Below are positions 40,601 to 46,658 of a stretch of 64,000 nt of DNA, piece by piece. The position numbers were made by a program, and so were the translations under genes. Every line of letters begins with the position of its first letter. Positions within the stretch are counted from its first letter, which is position 1. Below the pieces are notes generated by a model. The model ran no database searches, had not been told where the DNA came from, and saw only the letters and a list, made by a program, of their open reading frames with translations. Origin of the DNA: Antedon mediterranea (taxonomy: Eukaryota; Animalia; Echinodermata); the NCBI RefSeq assembly GCF_964355755.1, contig NC_092671.1, positions 34,792,304 to 34,856,303 of the forward strand. The letters run 5' to 3'.

Positions 40601-43600
40601 AATGAAACATTTTAGTCGAAAATGACCGGAAATGCCATTTCTGACCTTTGACCAATAAACCAGGGCATATCTGTATCTCCGTAACTATTGGCCGTAGAGA
40701 CTTGAATTTGGGCTCAAATTGTTCGAAATATACATTTAGTTATTTGTTACACATTTTGAACAATGTTACAAAAGGTCAAAAGGTCAAGGCCAGGGGTTAT
40801 ATGAATAAACACAAATAGGTATTTGTATCTCGGCAACCACAGGTCACAGCGAGTAAATTTTGGTCTCAAAATGTTCAGAAGGTATACATTCATATTCAGT
40901 CTAATGAAACATTTTAGTAAAAAATGACCGGAAATGACATTTCTGACCTTTGACATACATACCAGGGCATCTTCTTATCTCTGTAAGTACAGGTCGTATA
41001 AACTTAAATTTAGTATCAAATTGTTAGAAATACACATATTTACATTCATTCTAACAGAAAATTTGGATAAAAAATGATCAGAAATACTATTAATTACTAA
41101 TCTTTTAAATGAAAAACATATCTACCCAACTTATCATTAGACAGTAATGTTATGCAATAATTGATGCTTAATGATTTCATTATACTGTAGGAATTAAAAC
41201 AAATCCTTTACTGTTTGTAATAATTGTACTTTTGCTTATAATAATGCTAGAAAGTGTTGTTGACCCCCGAACGTTCAAACATTTTTGAGAATGCTAGAAG
41301 TAATTTACTGTAGTTACCCGAATAAAAGCCTCGGGCATTTATTTATTCAGGGAAGGCGTTTATTTTGTTGGGTGTAATAATGGTAACATGTATAATCAAA
41401 TAAATACACCCCAGATATATATATAAATAAAGATATATATAATATAATAAGAATAATAACGGGATTAAACCTCATTCTATCCTGGTGGAAGTACAATCAT
41501 GTAGGCCTAATAAAAGGTATCGGAGACCACAATAATAGACCAAGTCATTGTCATTATTACGTAACACTGTTGCATAATAGTTTTGAATGTCAACGACAAA
41601 ACTTATACATATACACGTCTGTTCCCAGTGTAGATAATAAAACAATATATATTTCTGGAGATTTATTATCAATACCACTAGAAACTTTGACATGTTTTAG
41701 GTACTGAATGCATTGACAATAAAAGCATCAGAAGTTTATCATGATAAAATCATACTACAACACTGTACTACAGTACACAAGGGTGTTTTCAGGAAAGCTG
41801 GACATATTGTACAATAGTAATGAAACTATGTATTGGCATTTAAAACTATGCAAAAGATTGTTGTCGAATTGTAGTTACAAACAAATAGATGATAGAATGA
41901 AGATCCATTATGAGTGCAATCGTGTCAGGATAATGATGTGTCATTGTTTTATATCATTATACTGGCACCTGGAGGAGAAGATCCATTTAATGGAATCTAT
42001 CACTTTTATTTTAAAAGACAGAAAGATTTCGTTAAAAAGCATAAAGAGGAAAACGAATCATGTAAAGTACCTTTTATCAGTTGAGAAACGAAATACAATT
42101 ATTAAAATTAGAGTATTCCTTCAAATAAACGCCACCATTCCCTCCAATAGAACACCATGTGGAATAAACGCCCCGCCACATGCATTTACACAATAATTGT
42201 ATCACGTCAACACATTTCATTAACTACCATAAATCTACAATTTACCAAGCATTTTGACATAATTTTATCACTTTTTTATATTAATTGTGCAGTATTTTTT
42301 TACATCTAGGTGGTATTTATTTGATTATACATGTTACCATATTATACCCCAAATAAAGATGCCTTCTTTCCCCCTAAAAACCATTTTGAACAATGAATGC
42401 CTGGGGCGTTTAATCGGATACATATGGCAAGTTACTTCTAGCATTCTGAAAAGAACTGTTGAGCTTAACGTTTCTATCAAAATGTCCTCGGGGACAGCAA
42501 TAACTAGTATTTGAAATTAAAACAATTTAAAGTATCAGTTATTGCATAACATTACTGTCTAAGGATAAGTTGTGTAGATATGTTTTTTGTTTGAAACATT
42601 GGTAATAGTATTTCTGTTCATCTTTTAACCACATTTTCTATTACAATGAATGTAAATATATATATTTCGAACAATTTGATACCAAATTTAAGTTTCTACG
42701 ACCTGTACTTACAGAGATATGAAGATGCCCTGGTATGTGGGTCAAAGGTCAGAAATGGCATTTCTGATCATTTTTGACTAAAATGCCCCATTAGATGGAA
42801 TATAAATGCATGCCTTCTAAACATTTTGAGACCAAAATTGACTTGCTGCGACCAGTGGTTGCCGAGATACAAGTACCTTCTTTTATTTGTTCAAATAACC
42901 CATGACCTTGACCCTTTGACCTTTTGTAACATTTTTCAAAATGTGTAACAAATAACAAAACATATATTTCGAACAATTTAAAACCAAATTCAAGTGTCTA
43001 CGACCAGTAGTTACGGAGATACATACATGCCCTAGGTTGTGGGTCAAAGGTCATAAATGGCATTTCCGGTCATTTTTTAATAAAATGTCCCATTAGACTG
43101 AATATAAATGTATACCTTCTGATTAATTTAAGACCAAAATTACCTCGTTGTGACCAGTGGTTGTTGAGATTTAAGGACATATTTATGTTTGGTCTTATGA
43201 CTTTTCACCTTGACCTTTTGACCTTTCGCCACATTTTCAAAATGTGTAACCAAGCCAAATATGATTGTTTGACCACCCTAAACCAATTTCTGAAGTCAAA
43301 TTCTCTGGACCTCAAAGTGCATACGAAAGTTGATCTAGCTACTAGAGTATAAAAAGTTACTTTATGTCTTTATTATTATGTAACAACAAATGCGGTTTAT
43401 GACATTATACGCAGAGGGATCTTTGATCGGATTGTGATACCGGCTATGGTGTTAGCAAGGTCCTATCATATATTATAAATAATTAAAGATTCTGAGAAAA
43501 TCAATCAATCAATATATCTTTTAAAAATCAATTATCTTTATTTAAATGAATGCATATAACCTATAATTCGTCATAGTGACGAATTAAATCTAGTTAATAT

Positions 43601-44620
43601 TAGATTAATAATAATATTAATAAAGATAAAATTGTATGAAGATTAATGAATGACATATTTATACAGTTGATTCACTTTTCTGAATACAACCCTGTTATTA
43701 AATGGACATTTTCTTCGAACAAGGGGAAAGTAATAATATACTTTACAGTTTTAAAACTACAGCCAACCCCTATCCAGAGGATATTAAAGGGAAGTTGTCC
43801 CAGTAACTTGATGTATGCATGGAACTGATATTTATTGTACAGCCAATCTGCCATGAATTCAATATAAAAAGGATACATACTGTATTGTAACAACACATTT
43901 AGTGTATTTAATTTAACAATTATGTACTGTATTGGAAACAAAGAATAATAATGATAAAATGACTATATGGATCTATGAAGATTATAAACTAAAGTAATGG
44001 AAAATCATTAAAGCATAAGAAAGATTCTGAATACTGTAATTAGCCAGGATCAATAAGGCGTGCATCCTACTAGTAACTACGATTTTATCCATTCAATCTA
44101 TTGTAAAAGAATCATTGTATGTCTAGGTAGACTAGAGTAGTAGACTTTTTAGTTAAAACTACTCATCTTTTAGGGTATCAAATAAATAAATGTATAACTT
44201 TGGATTAGCCTAGGCCCTAGCCTAACAGTGAGTTGGAATTTGTTGTCTTTTCTCCACCTAGGCTACACAGTTAGCTAGCCTAGGCTAGCTACCTAGCTAG
44301 CTACTGTAGGCCTACTAGGCATAGCCTTCTTTTTTTAGGTCTTGTGTGTTCAATTTGATTGAATATCACCAGAGATGGTATAGGCCGCTATGCCAAACTT
44401 ATTAATATCAGGCCTAATACAACAACAATGTTTAGGCAATATTCTTCTAGCCTACTACTGAGCCTACATACCCAGGCTATATCTGACGAGAGTACTCACG
44501 CCGGGCGGACTACAAACGGGGTTTTACTCGGACACTTCTGCTTGTGAACGCCTTCTTCTCCGGCCTGCTGGCTAGCCTAGCTAGAAGTCTGGTTTGAGAT
44601 TCTATGTTACTTGACGGCCT
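87..44620 (-). CDS. TRAK1: Trafficking kinesin-binding protein (Milton/TRAK family), multi-exon gene span; 3' part lies beyond the left edge
   Basis: Phase-consistent GT-AG exons encode HAP1_N-type motifs (EIISLLEEKIPLYRLRAD, TYNDVDAVTKLLDEKEKDLELAAKIGQ) and Milton-domain motifs (PGIPGSNDLETALKRLSLRR, PEKLQIVKPMEGSLTLYQWQRLA) that match recalled human TRAK1. The 5' limit is inferred. Confidence 0.95.
461..765 (-). CDS. TRAK1: TRAK exon: ...PGIPGSNDLETALKRLSLRRQNMDAERK...PEKLQIVKPME (an in-frame alternative acceptor would extend it to 780)
   Basis: Contains most of ORF 456..671; gttagt donor; conserved TRAK motifs. Confidence 0.9.
910..1113 (-). CDS. TRAK1: TRAK exon: EYNESVMKTVKAVKSRSG...TGVTPIR
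   Basis: ttttcag acceptor and gtgggt donor; phases fit both neighbours. Confidence 0.88.
1582..1661 (-). CDS. TRAK1: TRAK exon: DSLAAELVNTVEQQLGQDPRLIGRGK
   Basis: DSLAAE motif; cag acceptor and gtaagt donor. Confidence 0.92.
3191..3349. mobile_element. PIF/Harbinger-like MITE of about 155 bp
   Basis: TIR AGCTCTGTCTACACTATCAAACT with TAA/TTA flanks; five copies in the window. Confidence 0.8.
3462..3608 (-). CDS. TRAK1: TRAK exon: LSELREKYDECHHMLLEAQEEAREIHRR...PIPS
   Basis: End of the coiled-coil region; canonical sites; 147 nt, phase 0. Confidence 0.93.
4054..4128 (-). CDS. TRAK1: TRAK exon: YKTENEELHQHLDAAKEAQNELTIE
   Basis: Matches recalled TRAK1 ENEELVQHLGAAKDAQ; 75 nt, phase 0. Confidence 0.92.
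4574..4704 (-). CDS. TRAK1: TRAK exon: EEHTRNLVLQEELSKKLEEFYKQQEEVTSLLAQIVNLQQTNRK
   Basis: QQEE.T.LL.QIV motif; canonical sites. Confidence 0.92.
5240..5415 (-). CDS. TRAK1: TRAK exon: DRKSYHSQFIDVDTLQKKVRNLEEQNLELRIE...EEKEKELMQDCFYEL
   Basis: LQKK...LEE.N..LR motif; phase 2 to 1. Confidence 0.92.
6475..6572 (-). CDS. TRAK1: TRAK exon: NTQLRHEMKLKEQLLQIYTNDISYSESEDELQ
   Basis: QLRHE...K..LLQ.YT motif; canonical sites. Confidence 0.93.
7640..8205. repeat. Minisatellite, GT-rich unit of about 53 bp, about 10 copies
   Basis: Unit GATGATGGTGATGTGGTAATGATGGTGGTATTGGTTAATAAAATGGGGTTTGT. Confidence 0.92.
8408..8524 (-). CDS. TRAK1: TRAK exon: KEKDLELAAKIGQNLLLQNKSLEDKLNLTDEQLTLATDQ
   Basis: HAP1_N signature DLELAA.IGQ; 117 nt, phase 0. 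Confidence 0.95.
9613..9689 (-). CDS. TRAK1: TRAK exon: LCSERMVQMKKTYNDVDAVTKLLDE (first exon shared by all predicted isoforms)
   Basis: Matches recalled TRAK1 LCAERVGQMTKTYNDIDAVTRLLEE; phase-1 acceptor. Confidence 0.95.
11179..11311 (-). CDS. TRAK1: Putative alternative first coding exon of TRAK: MFTSADILRAISDVEKEISKALTNVENILTNENFELDFHLPVLS
   Basis: ATG-initiated protein-like ORF ending at a CAG|gtaatt phase-1 donor, in frame with exon 9613-9689. Confidence 0.6.
13189..14028. mobile_element. Tc1/mariner(pogo)-type MITE
   Basis: TIR CCGTATnTTTCGGTGTATAAGTCGCAC, TA flanks, repeated subterminal GTGCGTCTTATACAC. Confidence 0.85.
14711..14865. mobile_element. Short Tc1/mariner-type MITE with CAG...CTG ends
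   Basis: TA-CAGTCAACTCTC...GAGAGTTGACTG-TA. Confidence 0.75.
16145..16482. mobile_element. Kolobok-like MITE with TTAA target
   Basis: TTAA-AGATGTATTGTCCCCC...GGGGGACAATGCATCT-TTAA; partial relatives at about 1330-1555 and 54875-54970. Confidence 0.78.
16975..17120 (-). mobile_element. tRNA-derived SINE (tRNA-Gly-like head)
   Basis: A-box-like TAGCTTGGTGG, GCCTTCCAA loop and B-box GGGTTCAATCC; shares its tail with 46700-46835. Confidence 0.7.
17493..17640 (-). CDS. TRAK1: Putative alternative first coding exon of TRAK: MVQKMHFKMAKCLSLMICDVNETDDNDEDDDGSSTSTIEPDPLEFEHLV
   Basis: Acidic ORF ending at a strong TAG|gtaagt phase-1 donor, in frame with exon 9613-9689; which ATG is used is uncertain. 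Confidence 0.68.
20534..20845. repeat. Palindromic interspersed repeat (long hairpin)
   Basis: Arms 20545-20617 and 20631-20706; related fragments at about 46980-47040, 56930-56985 and 60810-60870. Confidence 0.75.
22541..22762 (-). CDS. TRAK1: TRAK exon: (D)LHNTSDIPEIEIISLLEEKIPLYRLRADTT...EETLKYF
   Basis: Matches the recalled TRAK1 N-terminal region (LPEVEIISLLEEQLPHYKLRAD...EETLKYF); 222 nt, phase 1 to 1. Confidence 0.95.
23740..23898. mobile_element. Small TIR element (MITE-like)
   Basis: Perfect 19-bp IR ATAAGCGACTTCGATAACT; single copy in the window. Confidence 0.55.
26521..27270 (-). repeat. Degenerate tandem array (period about 170-200 bp), each unit carrying a copy of the TRAK exon 3' end and donor site
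   Basis: Repeated CCTTACCTGTAATGG.AC.TG..TCCA at about 26525, 26702, 26901, 27072 and 27246. Confidence 0.85.
27248..27419 (-). CDS. TRAK1: Probable TRAK start-codon exon of the long isoform; coding part at least 27248-27269 (MEAGTIT)
   Basis: Pyrimidine tract with caacag acceptor; CAG|gtaagg phase-1 donor giving ...EAGTIT-D-LHN; an in-frame TGA lies near the 5' end of the exon. Confidence 0.7.
27532..29023 (-). mobile_element. Helentron-type non-autonomous element (HINE/DINE-1-like), copy A
   Basis: Subterminal IR AGGTTATATGCAT, 5' hairpin, (TTTA)n tract, 3' hairpin AATTCGTCATAGTGACGAATT; near-identical reverse complement of 37690-39183. Confidence 0.8.
29746..30036. mobile_element. Kolobok-like MITE copy
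   Basis: Same TIR with TTAA on both sides. Confidence 0.78.
30881..31570 (+). CDS. LINE ORF1p (coiled coil plus L1-ORF1-type RRM)
   Basis: 229 aa; heptad region followed by SRRNNVRIVGL and IERAHRVG...PRHIIIKL motifs. Confidence 0.9.
   Translation: MATKPKTRSRPADIESACSNPVDFNNFVHASLKSLLDGQAKIKEDLNQAIGFNSDRIAALEENDIIKANKIGQLEQTVDKLSSTVAKLELEANKSERFSRRNNVRIVGLKEESGEDCVVLARNILIDNFEFSEIPTIERAHRVGPVLPVRPRHIIIKLLSYNSKVQVMKQKNIALQDKQFYVIDDLTLVDYKEKKKWKFQVKALYDNGTKLKFSAGKWRTSTGTPYIFK
31920..34961 (+). CDS. LINE ORF2p (APE endonuclease plus reverse transcriptase)
   Basis: 1013 aa; endonuclease motifs ITESWL, GGGVALY, GDFN, SDHLPV; RT motifs YRPIS, QFGFR, DLSKAFD, GVPQGS, YADD. Confidence 0.97.
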   Translation: MCQSNPTTDVKFNPFVAYENMNINENVDPHSQVYASLNESNYFDPETFSENFSKHNNDKNILSTIHFNTRSLLGKMDSLKRFLLTLEFDFDVIAITESWLQYDNNPLTDMPGYNIFSRNRKSKAGGGVALYVRNNVSVTVRNDLTTDESICESIFIEIEQIHGKNIIVGTIYRAPSLNINAFNDILDNLLHTLSTENKLVYLLGDFNIDILQYTYETTTNNFVNTLFSNFYLPLILRPTRITSNSATLIDNILTNQPDLHLASGQLYCDISDHLPVFSISTLTYKNNQAVSRPPNKPFRKINENNIEQFKRELSVITWNDVNLLQEPNQAYNTFETKLKLLYNKHFPMTTQSKKNTKLKPWMSNGLLQSTKYKHKLYAKYLNNPTNHNKIKYTKFRNTLNLLIKRVKTEYYQKRFTQCQHDIKGTWRVINSLIKRSPNLNTKVVLTGNNGESIEDPSQIANEFNKFFVEIGPTLSKKLPTDQSDFKTYLPLPTLNSLFMCPVSDTEIIDIVKCFKTNKAQGLDEFSPKVIKQSISLLVKPLCHIFNLSLTKGVFPNKLKLARVTPIFKAGKKDTLSNYRPISVLSLFSKILERIIYNRTYAFMEKNNIVFNKQFGFRKHFDTAMALIDLSNEIIDAFENDEFAIGVFVDLSKAFDTINHPILLSKLYHYGIRGVPLNLFKSYLSNRYQCTKFCDSQSDYLPITCGVPQGSLLGPLLFLLYVNDIYNSSVSLSYFLYADDTTLICKNRHLESLFNTVNTSLINVSEWFLANSLSVNLKKCSYVLFRSSTMPIKLGPLQIKLNGSVLPMVNHATFLGVSIDSRLTWKPHVIETENKISKNIGIICRLASFLPHHILRTLYCSLVLPYLLYCNIVWCNTFPSNLNKLQILQKKIIRIISNVSPRTSTDPLFRSLKLLKLTDINIFQQCLFIYKSQNALLPSHLRDMFSPNYEFHGYSTRILNNLHIPKHKKTSFQHNIRFTGPKIWNSLPNKITTSANKHSFVFNTKQYLIQKEIN
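35776..37414 (-). mobile_element. Non-autonomous Helitron
   Basis: Minus strand starts TCTATATATA and ends CTAG between host A and T; GC-rich terminal hairpin CTAGATGGTACGCGAGCGAAGCGAGCGTGCCATCTAG; internal duplication of about 265 bp. Confidence 0.8.
37690..39183 (+). mobile_element. HINE-like element, copy B, nested in the (TTTA)n tract of copy C
   Basis: Complete termini; flanked by the two parts of another copy. Confidence 0.8.
40346..43349. mobile_element. 3.0-kb non-autonomous foldback-like DNA transposon with inverted arms of about 1.07 kb
   Basis: Perfect termini TACTCTAGTAGC...GCTACTAGAGTA; TAA duplication shown by the empty site in copy B; arms about 40346-41416 and 42303-43349; no transposase ORF. 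Confidence 0.82.
44500..44620 (-). other. TRAK1: Probable non-coding first exon of TRAK
   Basis: Locally GC/CpG-rich segment ending in a GGC|gtgagt donor on the minus strand, about 1 kb from the DNAJC13 first exon; 5' end approximate. Confidence 0.55.
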
Positions 44621-45540
44621 CTTCAAAAGGCATTAAATAATAAAGTCTACATAATTAATAAAGGTATCTAAAATTCCACCTACCAAAATAATTTGTTTAT
44701 AGTATCAATTTACACACGTAATCAATCTCCAAAACTAGTAAATATTATTTGTGATCAAGATGAGACGATTTTCATTTTATATCAAAACGTATGAGGCGCC
44801 ACTGCCGTATAATGGTTTTATAAAAGAGATATGTCTCATCTTATTGTGTGATACATGTGTAAGAAAAGAAATATACTTAGGCGCGCCTAAGTAAGAGTTT
44901 AATTTACTATAAGTATAAATGAATTAGAATTGAGAAATACTGTTTTACTGCACCAAACAAGTTTAACAATTAGGCCTATGTTCTGGGAAGTGATGTACTT
45001 TCCCTCGGCAATAATACTTTAATGTGTTTTGACAAATGTAACATATCTAGGCCTAACAAGATAATGGAAAATACGAAGTGATCTTACAAATACAACGCAG
45101 TTTTGTGTTGCATTATATAGTATAGTGTATTATAATATATCTTTTCAGTTATTTTTATTTAGGACTGCTGTTGTTATTTATTTTATTATTTTCAGTTTTT
45201 CACTATTACTATTTTTAATTATTTTTCAGTTATTTACTACTTAATTTGTGTAATTTGTTGTATTTTTGTTTCTGTGCACTGTATTGATGTTGAATCTGCT
45301 TGCTGTTTATATATTTATTTTAATAACGCACCGTTTATTATGAACGTGTGTCATCCATAGAGGTATAAAATCTATTTTAATACCTCCATGTGTCATCTCT
45401 GTAAAAAGGTGTAATTTCAATAAATATTATAATATAGCGTGCCATAGTATTCATTCGGCAGTCGAGAATTCACTGTGGCTGCCCACCATGTAGTAGATGT
45501 GGAAGCAGCAATACGTAACTACTTCAACTTCCGGGTTTTG
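44620..45540. promoter_or_regulatory. Putative bidirectional promoter region between TRAK and DNAJC13
   Basis: Divergent first exons; ETS-like ACTTCCGG at about 45527; YY1-like AAAATGGCG at about 45578; perfect palindrome TACTTAGGCGCGCCTAAGTA at 44874-44893. Confidence 0.5.
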
Positions 45541-45608
45541 TTAGCGCATGCTCTTTAATTTTTAGCCGTGTCCATGAAAAATGGCGACGAGCATAGTCAC
45601 GAGATCAG
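45540..45608 (+). other. DNAJC13: Probable 5'UTR first exon of DNAJC13
   Basis: AAAATGGCG motif followed by a CAG|gttaag donor; its ATGs hit stops if spliced to the acceptor at 46528; start approximate. Confidence 0.55.
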
Positions 45609-46575
45609 GTTAAGATAATTCTACGAAATTTGTCTTTCCCGTTATTGATTAAGTTTAAAAGTTTGGTAAGACGAAGTCGAATAAATTAGTTAATATTTGC
45701 AATTATAAAATTTATATTATTTGTAGTGTTATTCTGATAATTGATTATTGTAAACAACTTGGCTAGGCCCTGCTTGAAAATCACCGGTCCATGCGCGAGA
45801 GAGGGAGGAAAGGTCATTCGATTAGGGTCGGCCGCCCTTCCTACTAATAATACTGTAAATTGGCCTCAAGTGGTTAGCCAGGCTTAGGTAGTAGGCCAGT
45901 AACGTTGTTCCTAAAATGTTATAAACTGGAGATATTATTAACCAAGGTTATTTGTTACTACAATATTCTTTTTAAAATAAACATTCATTAAATGATTTTA
46001 AATTTTAATAATTTTGAATTAAAAATATTTTTTCATCCATATAGGCCTAGCCTAGGCTAGGCCTATCTAATTTTTTTGTCTCGCACTTATATACACGATT
46101 TTACGTGCTACGTAAGCCACTTTGCAGAGATGGCAAACAGTGATATGACAAACCAAAGTGTTAAAAAACAAAAATAACATACCTAGGCCTAGCATTTACA
46201 GGGGGAATTCAGGACACAATGTTAATTTAAAGGGAGGGTCGTATGAGAAAATTTTTACTGTAAATTGTTCTTAAAAGATTGGCCTACATCACTGTATGAT
46301 TGAATTTTATATCTAATTGTACTATGTAGCCTGTATGAGCCTAACTTCATATAAGTATCTAGTAGTAGTAGGTCGTTTGGTTGAAACAACCTTTGCAAAT
46401 AAATTTGAGGCTCAGCTGAATGGGCTTGTGAGAAACTGGTAATATAACAATTTAAAAATTAAATTCTTGATATTTATAAATATACTGTACTTTACATTAG
46501 AACTTTGATTTAAATTTTATTTTTAAGAATATTAGAATATTTTTTGATGTTTGTGTGAAGAGATATTGGAACAAA

Positions 46576-46658
46576 ATGTCAGAAAGTAAGACGATACCAA
46601 AGAAGGGAAATGTGGATGTAGCTAGCTACTTTACAACAAAACACTCCTGGAGGGGCAA
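46576..46658 (+). CDS. DNAJC13: DNAJC13 first coding exon: [28 protein letters not shown]
   Basis: TKHSWRGK motif; gtaagt donor. Confidence 0.93.

Larger units (their letters stand above)
37609..43594 (+). mobile_element. HINE-like element, copy C (pieces 37609-37689, 39184-40345, 43350-43594), interrupted twice
   Basis: The three pieces join into one full copy collinear with copy B. Confidence 0.78.

Noticed and set aside
41741-42196. 151-aa ORF in the spacer of the long-TIR element as a transposase
   Set aside because: No DDE, HTH or other recognisable motif; looks like a chance ORF in AT-rich DNA.
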